Below, piece by piece: positions 13,922 to 31,435 of a DNA stretch of 64,000 nucleotides. This DNA comes from Eledone cirrhosa. Taxonomy: Eukaryota. The notes below the pieces were generated by a model. It was not told the DNA's origin. It searched no databases and worked only from the letters and a program-made list of their open reading frames with translations. The position numbers and the translations under genes were made by a program. Each line of letters starts with the position of its first letter. The stretch's first letter is position 1. The stretch spans positions 10,726,001 to 10,790,000 of the forward strand of contig OZ024747.1 in NCBI GenBank assembly GCA_964016885.1. The letters are read 5' to 3'.

Positions 13922-14470
13922 TATACACACACATATATATATATATACACATATATATATATATAATGCAATTCCTGAAGCTCTCTATACTTGCCGGACC
14001 TACAAGCTCAACATCGACTGCACTTAAAGAAAGGTCAGCTGATTGATTGACATAGAAACACTCCAATCCCTGACTTGCAACTGTTATAGACCCCCCCCCC
14101 CCCACCCCCACCCCACCCATTTGGTTCCTTTCATGCCACTTCCATTCAGAAAACCATGACTCACCCGTCTCTATGTCTCTAGTCCCACACACATCCAACA
14201 CTCCCAGACGAAGCAGTAACGACTTCGTCCAGTTCTTTCTTTCCGGGACGTCAACTTACTTCGAATTTCTAGTTAAACGCCTAGCTAGGCTTCACCCCGT
14301 CAACGAAGGCCTATCTATGAAAGCCATGGTATGGTCGCACGGAATCTCTTCCTCCACACGAAACCAAATGATATTTATTATAAATACAAATAAGACGATC
14401 AGACAACAAAAACTACAGTGCTTCACACACAGCGATAGACATCGCTATCAGACACAGAGACCACTGCAGC

Positions 14471-14511
<41 letters not shown>

Positions 14512-14520
14512 CTACACCTA

Positions 14521-14668
14521 CACATACATCTCTAACATAGAGACACAAAGATACTTTATACACATACATCTCTAACATAGAGACACAGCGATACTTTATA
14601 CACATACATCTCTAACATAGAGACACAGCGATACTTTATACACATACATCTCTAACATAGAGACACAA
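14521..14668. repeat. 40-bp tandem repeat, about 3.7 copies
   Basis: CACATACATCTCTAACATAGAGACACAGCGATACTTTATA at 14521, 14561, 14601 and 14641. Confidence 0.95.
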
Positions 14669-15178
14669 CACTAGAGTATTTCAGAGATATAGAGAGTGAG
14701 AGAGAGAAGAGAGTGAGAGAGAGAGGAGAGTGAGTTAGAGAGGTTAGTGTTATAGAGAGGGTAGACAGAGAGGTGAGAGCGAGAGGGGGGAAGCTTGAAG
14801 CAGACCACGCCGGAGCGATCTCCGTTGCTTGGTGCCAAGTGAAATCCCTCTTAAACAAGCAATGTTTAACAAGCTTAATCAGCCTGGCGACAGTATGGCT
14901 AGCAATGGGGTGGGGATGGTGAGCTCACAACCACACCTTCCCCTACCGCCGCTTACTACTTCCTCTCTTATATATATATACAGACACACACACACACACA
15001 CACACATGTATATATATATATATATACACACACACGTGTATATGTATATATATATATATATATACACACACACATACAGACACACACACACGTATATATA
15101 TATATATATACACACACGTGTATATGTATATATATATATATATATACACACACACATACAGACACACACACACACATG

Positions 15179-15209
<31 letters not shown>

Positions 15210-15362
15210 GTGTATATGTATATATATATATATATATACACACACACATACAGACACACACACACGTATATATATATATATATATACACACACAGGTGTA
15301 TATGTATATGTATATATATATATATACACACACATACAGACACACACACACACACACACACG

Positions 15363-15393
<31 letters not shown>

Positions 15394-15450
15394 GTGTATA
15401 TGTATATATATATATATATACACACACACATACAGACACACACACACATG

Positions 15451-15490
<40 letters not shown>

Positions 15491-15520
15491 TGTATATATA
15501 TATATATACACACACACGTG

Positions 15521-15562
<42 letters not shown>

Positions 15563-15564
15563 TG

Positions 15565-15648
<84 letters not shown>

Positions 15649-15650
15649 TG

Positions 15651-15681
<31 letters not shown>

Positions 15682-15728
15682 GTGTATATGTATATATATA
15701 TATATATACACACACATACAGACACACG

Positions 15729-15760
<32 letters not shown>

Positions 15761-16013
15761 TGTATATATATATATATATACACACACACGTGTATGTGTA
15801 TATATATATATATATACACACACACATACAGACACACGTATGTGTGAGAGTCAGAGTACGTAGTATATAAATATATATACATGCATACAAATACACGTAT
15901 GTGTAAATACTTGTAATACGCAAATGTATAGATATATACATATATATATATACTACATGCATATATACATACACACCACACACGTACACACTAGACACAT
16001 ACAATTATGTGTG

Positions 16014-16052
<39 letters not shown>

Positions 16053-16399
16053 GCTGAGTAGAAAGTAAAAGATTCTATTATACAGATTAGCTACTTCAAA
16101 CACTCCCCTCCCCCACACTACCCCCTTTTGCCCTTCTTGTGTTTCTTGGTCTGCCGATATGGTCCTGCCAAAAACATCACTGCTTGCTTCCTCTCTCTCT
16201 CTACCTCTCTCATACCAGAATCAACTAAACATACCTTACTACGCTACACAGATATATATATATGAATATGTTCAAGACCCCGACGGCAGAGCTCTGCCAT
16301 CAGGGTCTTGAGCATTTTCCTATTACCCACTCTACTACCCTAAGTATTGAGTACTCTGGTGCGATATGGTCCATCTGGTTCCTTACCACAATTCTTTCG

Positions 16400-16433
<34 letters not shown>

Positions 16434-16488
16434 CGTTTCTGAATTTGTTTAGCAAGATTCTTTATCTGAAAACGTGTGTTGAAACCGA

Positions 16489-16964
16489 TATTGTTATACT
16501 TTGGCAGGGTCATGTTGCCAATAAGAAACACACGCACCAGTTCCTTTCACTTCAATTTATTATAATAAATTTATAAATTTCCGGTTGGTTGGTTGGTTCC
16601 ACAACCAGATGATTGTTTATATATTGTCAAAGTTCTTTCCTCACACATTCTGGGGATTCTTTTCTTTGTTTTTGTGCCTCTCCTTTGTTGTAATACACAA
16701 CACACACACAAAAACAAGATGGCGTGGGACAGAACAAAGGAGATGCACAAAAACAAAGAAAAGAATCCCCAGTCACTGAATGAAGAGGTCACAGAATGTG
16801 TGACGAAACAACTTTGACAATATATAAACAACCATCTGGTTGTGGAACCAACCAACCAACCGGAAATTTATAAATTCCTAAATTTATAAATTTATTATAA
16901 TAAATCGAAGTGAAAGCAACTGGTGCGTGTGTTTCTTATTGGCAACATGACCCTCCCAAAGTAT

Positions 16965-16972
<8 letters not shown>
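16489..16972. repeat. Large inverted repeat, arms about 200-240 bp
   Basis: ATATTGTTATACTTTGGCAGGGTCATG...CTCCTTTGTT mirrored by AACAAAGGAG...CATGACCCTCCCAAAGTATAACAATAT, with small indels; ends in (TA)n. Confidence 0.92.
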
Positions 16973-17053
<81 letters not shown>

Positions 17054-17127
17054 GGAGACGGGACCCGACGGCTGAGCTCTTGCCGTTTCAACAGCTATTT
17101 TGAGGGATTCACTAAAATAATTATTTC

Positions 17128-17256
17128 ACCAACTGGCAGGAGACCCAGGGGGTATACCACGAGCAAGATGGTTGGATGGCATCCATGAGGTTGGATGGTC
17201 TCACTTGAGGAACCAGCCAGATCAATTGGAAACGGTTGCTTCTGACAGGACCTGCG
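17128..17256 (+). mobile_element. RTE-type LINE 3-prime coding remnant
   Basis: TGRRPRG(fs)PRARWLDGIHEVG...LETVASDR matches the GRPRxRWxD...AxDR terminus of RTE-clade ORFs. Confidence 0.7.
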
Positions 17257-17575
17257 CCCTGGTCGCGGTACTGGCTCCCCCAAACTGAGTTGGGTGTGAA
17301 AACGAAAGCTCGGCACTACAACCGATGCAATACTTGGATTACACCACCCTGAAGTGCACATACATATTTGCAGTTGGGCACCGCTTGTGAAAGAAGAAAC
17401 TTCATTGAAATGAACTTACGCCGTGAATTCCGTCGATGGAGCCAGCTCAACCCACCCCGGCTGAATACCGCTACAAATACAACAAAGAAATCTTCCAAGG
17501 GTACAACAGTTCCCTCTCTTCACACACACACACATAACCCTTTGTGAGTGTATGTTGTGTACATACGCTTTTAGT

Positions 17576-17621
<46 letters not shown>

Positions 17622-17965
17622 GAGAGAGAGATAGAGATAGAGAGAGAGCGAGAGAGAGAGTGGAGAGAGCGGTATGTGATTGGTGATGATGATAATGAAG
17701 AGGGTGTTGGTGGTGGTGGTGGTATTAGCTAGCGTTGATGATGGTGGTGGAGGCGGTGGTTTTGGTAGCCAGTGGTGGTGATGATGATAGTGATGGTGGT
17801 GGTGGTGGTGGTGACAGCTAGTGATGGCGGCGGTGGTGGTGTTTGTAATTGATGTCAAATGACTGATATTTAAAGGTCAAGGCGATCTAACCCAGACATT
17901 CCCGGTATTTAATCCAATGTTTCCGCTCAGACCAAAGTGGTCTTTCCGGGTAGACAACCGTTTAT

Positions 17966-18262
17966 CACCTCGTACCCAGCACACTTGTCATACCTGAGTA
18001 TGGCTCAACCCACGAAGGAGTTGTGTGTGTGAGGGGTATCTTTACACCTCGTACCCAGCACACTTGTCATACCTGAGTATGGCTCAACCCACGAAGGAGT
18101 TGTGTGTGTGAGGGGTATCTTTACACCTCGTACCCAGCACACTTGGCATACCTGAGTATGGCTCAACCCACGAAGGAGTTGTGTGTGTGAGGGGTATCTT
18201 TACACCTCGTACCCAGCACACTTGGCATACCTGAACTTGGCTCAACTCAAGGAGTTGTGTGT
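17966..18262. repeat. 79-bp tandem repeat, about 3.7 copies
   Basis: CACCTCGTACCCAGCACAC starts at 17966, 18045, 18124 and 18203. Confidence 0.95.
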
Positions 18263-18756
18263 TTGAGAGAGAGAGTAGAGAGAGAGAGAAAAGGGGGAGG
18301 GTCACATTTTCTCTCGTCTCTTCGAACCCGAGTAGTTTACCAAATAGAGGCCAACTCAAAATTATACCTACTAGTGATGCCAGCTCTCAGTTTTACCTAC
18401 TAGTGAGACCAGCCCTCAATACCTACCTACATGTAAGGCTAGCCCTCAATTAAACCTACCCCATATTCATCCTACTTGGGAAGCTGCTTCGTCACCTGTC
18501 TTTCAAAATCGGGTGCGATTTGTGTTTTTTTATTTAAAAAAAAAAAAAAAGCCTAAAAAGGTGGGAAAATGAGGTAGGGGTTTCCTGAAGGGCTGGGGCC
18601 CCCATTTACCAGGACTGACTGGTTGCGTTTTCCTTTGCCAAGAAGGCAACCAACTATTAAACAGCCGGGTCGACATCCCTGTAACAAAACCCAAAAGCTT
18701 TAAACAATTAATTTCCACTGAATTAAGACAAGATGGAGTAACAGATTAAGACCAGA

Positions 18757-19191
18757 AAGAAGAGGACGGGTACATTAGAAAGTCTAGAAGAGGACGCGGT
18801 ACATTAGAAAGTCTAGAAGAGGACGGGGTACATTAGAAAGTCTAGAAGAGGATGGGGTATATTAGAAAGTCTAGAAGAGGACGGGGTACATTAGAAAGTC
18901 TAGAAGAGGACGCGGTACATTAGAAAGTCTAGAAGAGGACGCGGTACATTAGAAAGTCTAGAAGAGGAAGGGTACATTAGAAAGTCTAGAAGAGGAAGGA
19001 GCACAGTGGCAAGTCTAGAAGAGGAAGGAGCACAGTGGCAAGTCTAGAAGAGGAAGGAGCGCAGTGGCAAGTCTAGAAGAGGAAGGAGCGCAGTGGCAAG
19101 TCTAGAAGAGGAAGGAGCACAGTGGCAAGTCTAGAAGAGGAAGGAGCACAGTGGCAAGTCTAGAAGAGGAAGGAGCACAGTGGCAAGTCTA
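18757..19191. repeat. Bipartite 29-bp minisatellite
   Basis: TCTAGAAGAGGACGCGGTACATTAGAAAG units switch to TCTAGAAGAGGAAGGAGCACAGTGGCAAG units near 18990. Confidence 0.95.
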
Positions 19192-19725
19192 AAATCTGTC
19201 TTAAGCACAGAGCCTCATCAGACGGGTGCTTATCCAGGTTTCTGTGGTGTGAGGCGACTGGGAATATAAACCTTCCCCCTGGACAGGACACCAATCCATC
19301 ACATAGTTAAACTGTCAGCTATTGCTAGTACTCAACACAACACACAACCCAGTGCAAGAATCGAACCCACGTTCACCAACCTTACCACTAGACCACCTCC
19401 ACTCGTTACCACTAGACCACCTCCACTCGTTACCACTAGACCACCTCCACTCGACATACGTAGAACATAACTCGAAAGATCTAAAAACTTAATTTTTTTG
19501 GACCCCCCTCCCCCCCCCCTCATCACCATGCCTAAAATATTGGTCAACTTTTCACAAAAAGCAACAAGTGCACGTATGTGCGTGCACACACACACACACA
19601 CACACACATTTACATACACACACACACATTTACATACACGCCAGTATATATATGTATGTGTGTATATGTAATACACCCTGAATAGATACCCGTATCATCC
19701 CTATCACATTAGGTCTGTGTGTGAG

Positions 19726-19796
<71 letters not shown>

Positions 19797-19957
19797 CATA
19801 TACTCACCATGAAAAGACACACATATCACCGCCGCCGCCGCCACCACCAATCTGCCTACGTACCTACCACCCACACCAACTAACCACCACCACCACCACC
19901 ACCAGTTTTCCAGGTCACGTACCCCAACAATCTTGAGATGATTACAACAGTGGCTTA

Positions 19958-19999
<42 letters not shown>

Positions 20000-21478
20000 T
20001 GTGTGTTTGGTGGGGAGGGCGAAACTATAAGGCTGGCGCCGTACAGTCATCGGTCGGCTTGATGATAACAACAGCAGTAGCAACTTCTACCCTTAACCCT
20101 ACTACCACTACTACTACTACCACTACAACCACCACTACCACCATTACTACTACTCCGATAATAATTTCTAACATTCTTTCACTGGTTTTAGTGACTGGAC
20201 TACGGCCATGCTGGGACACAACCTTGGAAGAGTTTTAAGGCCACCATAACGAAGCCAGCACCTTTTTTATCGATCTCTTTCACTGGTTTCAGGGACTGGA
20301 CTACGGCCATGTTAGGACACAATATTGGAAGAGGTTCAGGCCACCATAACGACGCTAACACATTTTTATGGAGCCCACGAGCCAATCTATTGTGTTCAGA
20401 GACATTTCCCTCAGACCAAGCCAGATCAACAAACCTATGATATGAGAAAGAAACAAGCATTCCAGCCATGATTCTCCACCAGAAACCTTTAGATGTCCTT
20501 CAATTAAAAATGGAATAAGTGTTGTTTGAATGAGATTTGGTTGTTATTTCATGAGACCCTGTGGAGGTTTCTTCATTGACTTGTATTGGTACAACAGCTG
20601 AAATTTGTAGCAAAAGACCAGAAGAAGCAAAGGTCTATTGAAGCCAATCAATACTACACTAACAGTAGTGTGTGTGTGTCGTTGAGTCGCAGTTGAATCA
20701 TAATCAAAAGAGTCCCAGGAATGACAATCCCACATGTTAGTATACCTAAGACTACACTAACTTTGTTTCTTCCCAGTTTAAAGGTATTAGGCGTGGTTCA
20801 GGACAACTTGTGGACAGAGACTATCTCTCTCCCCGCTCTCTGTGACCCGTATAAGTGGTTAAGGGCCTGAGTTGGCCGCCCTTTACCATGGAACACCTAG
20901 TTATATAGTATACAGATACATGCATGGAGCTTGTAATTTTAGTACAGTATATACAGAGCTAAATAGTTATGGCATATATACAGAAAGACGGCCAGGCATT
21001 GATTACGCAAGCACACACTATACTCGTATATATAATTCTAATTAGCCGCTACAGGTATAATAATTTAGACTAAAATTTCTTGGCTCAATATATTAGGAAT
21101 GTTAGTTAGCACTGACTTTTGAGAGAGAGGAAAGAGGGACGGAGAGAGGGGGGCGAAAGAGGGATAGACGGAAAGAGATAGACGGGATGAGGAAAAGAGA
21201 GAAACCTAGGGAGACCCATGACACAGAAATGACAGCTGATCGATTGAAAAAATATTCAGTCAGCTTTTACGACTGACCTTCCATCCTTATTGATTGATTT
21301 TGGTTTTTGTTTTCTCAATAAATATTTCCAATCCTTAAGACAATAGGTTAAGGTGCAGATCACGGGGAAACATTTGGCTGCTAATGTTAGCATGTCTTTG
21401 TCGGGCTGTATGGTGTGGTGTAATAGTGGTAGGGTTAACACAGTGGTTGGTGTAAGGATGGTGGGGTCAACAGTGACT

Positions 21479-22221
21479 GGTAGGGTTAACACATTGATGG
21501 TAGGGCCAACACAGTGGCGCTGGTAGGGTTAACACATTGATGGTAGGGCCAACACAGTGGCGCTGGTAGGGTTAACACAGTGATGGTAGGGCCAACACAG
21601 TGGCGCTGGTAGGGTTAACACATTGATGGTAGGGCCAACACAGTGGCGCTGGTAGGGTTAACACAGTGATGGTAGGGCCAACACAGTGGCGCTGGTAGGG
21701 TTAACACAGTGATGGTAGGGCCAACACAGTGGCGCTGGTAGGGTTAACACATTGATGGTAGGGCCAACACAGTGGCGCTGGTAGGGTTAACACAGTGATG
21801 GTAGGGCCAACACAGTGGCGCTGGTAGGGTTAACACAGTGATGGTAGGGCCAACACAGTGGCGCTGGTAGGGTTAACACATTGATGGTAGGGCCAACACA
21901 GTGGCGCTGGTAGGGTTAACACATTGATGGTAGGGCCAACACAGTGGCGCTGGTAGGGTTAACACAGTGATGGTAGGGCCAACACAGTGGCGCTGGTAGG
22001 GTTAACACAGTGATGGTAGGGCCAACACAGTGGCGCTGGTAGGGTTAACACAGTGATGGTAGGGCCAACACAGTGGCGCTGGTAGGGTTAACACATTGAT
22101 GGTAGGGCCAACACAATGGCGCTCGTAGGGTTAACACAGTGATGGTAGGGTTAACACAGTAATGGTAGGGCTAACACAGTAACTGATGTGGCTAACACAG
22201 TGATGGTAGGGCTAACACAGT
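21479..22221. repeat. 43-bp minisatellite made of 20+23-bp related subunits, about 16 copies
   Basis: GGTAGGGTTAACACATTGAT + GGTAGGGCCAACACAGTGGCGCT. Confidence 0.95.
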
Positions 22222-22315
22222 ATCTGGTGTAAGGATGGTAACGCGAGATGTGTGAATATCGGAGGTAAACTAAGAATAAAGGTCTTAGGTACAATTAACT
22301 CAACATCTCTCAACA

Positions 22316-22416
22316 TAATTGTTTCTACTTTTGGCACAAGGCCAGTAATTATCCCAGTGTATTACTGGTACTTTATTTTATCGACCCCGTAAGGATGAAA
22401 GCAAAGTTAACCTCGG
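22316..22416 (-). mobile_element. Main SINE, truncated copy
   Basis: 3-prime half of the consensus only. Confidence 0.85.
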
Positions 22417-22548
22417 GAGTCAATATAATGGCAGATAAGTCGACTCTAGACACACACACACACACACACACGTGTGTATGTGTGTGCTCACTTGATGGGT
22501 ATATCTCTGTGTATGTATCTGTATATGAGTACATATGTATAGGAATAT

Positions 22549-22587
<39 letters not shown>

Positions 22588-22971
22588 TGTGTATTTGTAA
22601 ATCAAGGGCTTTGTTTGACTATATACATAGTAAAAACGAAGGTAGGAAGTATCCATTAAGCTATTGTGTAGTGTAGGAGAGAGAGCAATACACATACGCA
22701 CACACACGTGAGTGTATGTCAGTACGATGGGATATAGCAGAGAGGTTGTGTGTGAGAGAGAAAGAGAGAGAGAGGTTTAAAGAAACCGAAGCGAATGGCT
22801 GAGGTTTCAACAGAACAAGTCGTGTAGAGACGGTGAAATAAAGTTGATCTTCTAGTGAAACTCTGGAGATAAGACTGGAACGGAATGTTGTGATGGTGGT
22901 GGCGACGGCGGTATGTAGTGATACTTTGTATGAGGGGCAGACGATTTTTTTTATACATGCACGAACGATAT

Positions 22972-23035
<64 letters not shown>

Positions 23036-23038
23036 TAT

Positions 23039-23092
<54 letters not shown>

Positions 23093-23207
23093 TATATATA
23101 TATCGTACGTGCATGTATAAATAGCAGAAAGGTGGAAAAAAGGAAGAGATAGAAAGAGTTTATTAACGATACTAACTGTCAAGGTAGCCATAGAGAAAAG
23201 GGTGAGC

Positions 23208-23273
<66 letters not shown>

Positions 23274-24069
23274 CACACGGTAGAGAAATGAAGGTGGAGG
23301 TAGAGAGAGTAAAAGCAAAGAAGCATAGATAGAGATAGAGATATGTGAATAGAGAGATGCAAAGACGTCACCCTAAAGACTTGTAGGTTTGGATGTAGGG
23401 TGGTGGTGGTAATAGTGGTGATGATGGTGGTGGTGGTAGTGATGGTGGTGGTGGTGATAGTGATGGTGGTGGTGGTGATAGTGATGGTGGTGGTGGTGAT
23501 AGTGATGGTGGTGGTGTAATGGTAGTGATGGTGGTGGTGATAGTGATGATGGTGGTGTAATGGTAGTGATGATGGTGATGATGGTGGTGTAATGGTAGTG
23601 ATGGTGGTGGTGATAGTGATGATGGTGGTGTAATGGTAGTGATGATGGTGATGATGGTGGTGTAATGGTAGTGATGATGGTGATGATAGTGATGATGGTG
23701 GTGTAATGGTAGTGATGATGGTGGTGTAATGGTAGTGATGATGGTGATGATGGTGGTGTAATGGTAGTGGTGATAGTGATGGTGGTGGTGTAATGGTAGT
23801 GATGATGGTGATGATAGTGATGATGGTGGTGTAATGGTAGTGATGATGGTGGTGTAATGGTAGTGATGATGGTGATGATGGTGGTGTAATGGTAGTGATG
23901 ATGGTGATGATGGGGGCGAACGTGTGGGGAAGAGAGGGGAAAAAGTTTTGGTGTTAAGAATGTGTGTATACATATATTCACACATACACACACACACACA
24001 TACATACATATATATATATGTAGAGAGAGAGACATGTATATACACAAATATATATATATATACATACTA

Positions 24070-24115
<46 letters not shown>

Positions 24116-24223
24116 ATATATAATATATATATATATATATACATATACATACTACGTATCTATCTATCTATACATACATAGTACGTATGTATGTATATAT
24201 ATATATATATATATAGAGAGAGA

Positions 24224-24272
<49 letters not shown>

Positions 24273-24653
24273 CATGTATATACACACACATAAATATATA
24301 CATGTACGTATGTATATATGTATGTATGTGTGTATGTGTATCTGCATGTATATATACAGAAGTATAGAGGAGAAATAATAGACAGACTATAAACATAAAT
24401 AGAGACGACTGTTAAAAGTAGTAGACAGAACGGTGCCGCCGTGAGTTAGACATTCGACCATACTCACAATAAGTTTATTACTTCGCCGCAACCAACCGAC
24501 AAGTCAGCAGACACAATGTACACACACACTTACACTTACACATAGCCTCTCTCTCTCTCTTTATAGATATATATATGTATGTTTATAGCATATGTATATG
24601 TGTGTGTGTGTATATATATATATATATTTATATATATATACACACACATACAA

Positions 24654-24694
<41 letters not shown>

Positions 24695-24856
24695 ACACAT
24701 ACATACGCATATATGTATGTATATTATATACATATATATGCTACATAAAAGTATAGATAATACTCGTCGTTATAAGAGTGTATTCAACAGTAGACATATT
24801 TATTAAAAATAACAAACAAACATGTGAATGTAAAATGTATGAATACAAACACGTAA

Positions 24857-24925
<69 letters not shown>

Positions 24926-25012
24926 AGCAACTGAAGTAATCCCACCCCCGTCATTTCTAGATATGTGCCTGTGTACACTATATATATATATATGTGTGTA
25001 TATATATATGTG

Positions 25013-25043
<31 letters not shown>

Positions 25044-25305
25044 AATATATATATCTATGTATGTATGTACAATATATATATATATATATATGTATGTACA
25101 ATATATATATATATATATATGTATGTACAATATATATATATATATATATGTATGTACAATATATATATATATATATATATGTATGTACAATATATATATA
25201 TATATATATGTATGTACAATATATATATATATATATATGTATGTACAATATATATATATATATATGTATGTACAATATATATATATATATATATATGTAT
25301 GTACA

Positions 25306-25339
<34 letters not shown>

Positions 25340-27098
25340 ATATATATATATATATGTATGTATGTGTATATAACACACATATATACATACATGTATGTGT
25401 ATATATATATATATACACACCTACAGATATGTATACAGATATATATCTAAAACGGACCAAGCAAGTGTATACACGCAGCAACAGTGATGGTGATACTACT
25501 ACTACTACCTACACTGGTAGTAGTGATGGTAGAGATAATGATGATGGAATGGCCATAGTTAAAGGCGTTGATATTGATGATCTGGTGGAGTGTAGCCTTA
25601 AGCCAGCAATGACCGACTAGGTCTGTTGCTGTCAGGAGCAATCTTGATCTTATATATCGGAAATGTGTTCAGTATAAGGTAGGATATGCAGGAGATTTGG
25701 CTGTTGTTCCTTACAGGCCAAGCGATCATATATAGTGACCTGACCCACCAACTCTTCCTCGTTGGTTCCAGTCGAAGGAGAGAGTGAGTCTGTGACGGCC
25801 CGTTGGATGAGAGAGAGATGATGTGAGAGAGGTGGGAGAAAGGAGAGTGGGTGAGAGAGTTTCAAATCTAAAAGACATTCTTTAAACCCATTGCAACATA
25901 TAGTTTCTTGTTCCATTACGTCATCCGGAATTCCAATTTCAACGGGAACGGCTTTGCTTGTCTTTATTCCAAAGGGTTTATAAAATAAACACCCTTTCTT
26001 GTTCATATTTAGTCTCAGAACAACACGGATCAAACAATCTTGTGATAACAAAAAGCACAACCTGACCTTTCCTTAAATCCAGAAAACCTAGGACCACATT
26101 ATCCTAACATGGTGGGTTTTGGGGGGAGGAGGAGCTACTTTTCTTTTCGGGAGATAGAGTGGGCGAGTGATTTTACTAACGGGGGTCGATTGTACATGCT
26201 TCTCTGCTATAAATTACTGTTGTTGAGACGTAGAGGTACCGCTGTCACATACGACATTATGTCTCGGTCATTTTAAACATGGCCGACGGAGCACACCCCT
26301 TCTTCAGGTCTGAACATAGTTTAGTTCTTTCAGAGAAAAAGATAGGGAGAGTGACTTAAAGAAAGAGATATAGAGGAAGAATCGACCTCCAGTACTAGAC
26401 TGGTACTGTTTTTATCGACCTCGGTGGGATTTAAACTTGCAGAGAAATACCGTCAAAACATTTTCTAACGACGTTCTAACGACTCAAGCAATTTGTTTTA
26501 TAAATCACTGACTTTGTGTCCAACAATGTAAGAAATAGCTGGCCAAGACAATAGAGCAGTGACCAACAATGTCCGGTGATATACCTATTGGTTATCACCT
26601 CCCCCCTTACCTCCAAATTCAATGCAGTCGAGATTCAACAGTTGTATGTTCTCTTCTAATAAAAGTGGATAAAATAAATTTTGTAAAGTTAAATATTGGT
26701 TTAATGTAATGGCCTGTACGTATAGCTTACTCTCTCTGTCTCACCCTCTCTCCCATCCCTACTCTTTCTCTGTCTCACTCTTCTCTCTCCCACCCTTACT
26801 CTCTCTCCCACACTTACTCTCTCTCTCTCTCTCGTCTTCTCTCTGGGACCTTGTGTTAATCGATCAAAGCTGTTCTAACTGAGAATATCACGTCTTCTAT
26901 TCCCGAAGGTCTAACTTCTTGTATACGAGACTGTTGCTGTCTCGGGTTATTGTTTCCTTGATCGACACCAATCAACAGTTCCCAGAATCGCCCACCACTA
27001 GGAGAACGACAAACGACTGTGTATATATCCAATGAATTCGATTTATTTTAGTCGTTTCAATCTAGATTTGACGTCCACACCCACAAAAAAAAAAAAAA

Positions 27099-27147
<49 letters not shown>

Positions 27148-27260
27148 AAAGCCGTATCCGGATATTTTTTTGTTTGTTTCCTGCATCAGTAATTTAAAAT
27201 GAGCCCCCACTCATTATATTTATATATATATATATATATACACACACATATACATACATA

Positions 27261-27359
27261 CAGGGTGTTCCTAAAAATGCATACACACTGCAACAGCATT
27301 CTAATAAATATTGCCTGTACAGGTAAACAAAGTGTGTATACATTTTTGCAGACACCCTG
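27261..27359. mobile_element. Tc1/mariner-type MITE
   Basis: Inverted termini CAGGGTGTTCCTAAAAATGCATACACAC / GTGTGTATACATTTTTGCAGACACCCTG. TA on the left, TG on the right, inside microsatellite. Confidence 0.75.
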
Positions 27360-27409
27360 TGTATATGTATGTATGTATGTATATGTATGTATGTATATAT
27401 GTGTATGTG

Positions 27410-27442
<33 letters not shown>

Positions 27443-27569
27443 GGTGATATCAGAAAAAAATCATTTTAAAAAAAATAAGGAATCTGGTTTTATAAATATA
27501 TTTACAAAAATATATTTATAAAACCAGATTCCTTATTGTTTTTTTTTAAATGATTTTTTTCTGGTATCA

Positions 27570-27654
<85 letters not shown>

Positions 27655-27807
27655 TACACATACATATTAATGTTTCTGGAATAAAGAACATGGCTCGGTA
27701 GAAATAATAGATGTATTAACTTTCAAAACTATTGAATACAGTTATTGTTATAAACGTGTTATTATTAGATTGGAAATAATGGGTTTTCAATAACGACAGC
27801 AATAGTA

Positions 27808-30155
<2,348 letters not shown>

Positions 30156-30789
30156 TGCGAAAAGTTGAAAAACAACACCCAATTAATTAAAGAGACTTAG
30201 AACAAAACAACATGAAAATCAGGAGCGCGCCCGCGCGCACATATATATACACAGACACACACACACATATACACACATATACACACACATATATATACAG
30301 ACACACACACATACACATATATACACAGACACACACATATATACAGACACACACACATACACATATATACACACACACATATATACACAGATACACACAT
30401 ACACATATATAATATATACACACATATATACACACACACACACACACATATATACACAGACACACACTTAGCCACAAACACATACCTTTAGCAAGGTAAG
30501 AAAAGTATTCCGCCAGAGGCGACTTCAAAAAGATTTGCCGACTGTCGGGTTCTTTGATGTATCCAACGACTTCACAGCCAACTAACCTTCGACCCAGTTT
30601 ACAATGTGGGGTAGGGTAAGGACAGAGGGGAACTAGGCGTGAGGGGGTCGGAGGAGGGCTAACACTAAGAGGGGGGGGGCAATGATGAGGGAGAAGAGGC
30701 AGTAGCAATATATTTTAGAAAATAATGAACAAAAGAAAAGTTTAAGGGACATTGAGTAAAACAAGCAGCATTTGCCGCTTGTTGGTCTG

Positions 30790-30825
<36 letters not shown>

Positions 30826-30924
30826 TGATGGTGGGGATGAGAGTCCTGGGAGAGATACGTAGAGCATAGTGTGTGTAGTTTCCCTAACACACACACTCGA
30901 TTCTAAATACCAATTTGAATTAGT

Positions 30925-31100
30925 TGGATTGGCAGTATCGGTAGAGGGTCGGACGCCATGCTTTCCAGCATAGTTACGTCCCTTTACGATCTGAGTTCAA
31001 ATCCCGCCGAGGTTGACTTTGCCTTTCATCGTTACGGGGTCGATAAAATAAAGTACCAGTGATGCACTGGGTAATTGCTGCCTAAAGTAGAAACAATTAT
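30925..31100 (+). mobile_element. Main SINE
   Basis: TGGCAGTATCGGTAGAGGGTCGGACGCC...GAGTTCAAATCCCGCCGAGG...AAACAATTAT. Confidence 0.9.
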
Positions 31101-31394
31101 TGGAATTATCTCCCCAATTAACATTTTCCAATTATTATATTAACTATGGATCCCTAACGATATACAAAATCTAAACAGGACCTCCCCTTATTTCAATGTG
31201 TGTCTTGTTTATTCTTGAATTTATATATATATATATATATATAAATATAGTTTTAGTCTTTTTTAAATTCTATCTTTATTGTACACTCCAAACTCTGCTA
31301 TTCCTGATGAAGGGCAAATGCCCGACACGTCGACTGTTTAATTGTGAAACTAATAAGACTATGTTATTGCATCCTCTTGTTTGCTTCTTGTATT

Positions 31395-31435
<41 letters not shown>

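Noticed and set aside
14160-14340. Possible C-terminus of a PLE GIY-YIG endonuclease (RLARLHPVNEGLS)
   Set aside because: The resemblance is too short and degenerate to support without a search.
21479-22221. Interstitial telomeric repeat
   Set aside because: TAGGGTTA occurs only once per 43-bp unit; there is no (TTAGGG)n run.
25650-26060. 136-aa minus-strand ORF
   Set aside because: Non-ATG start, no recognisable domain, and its end resembles a dispersed repeat (AACAGCCAAATCTCC).
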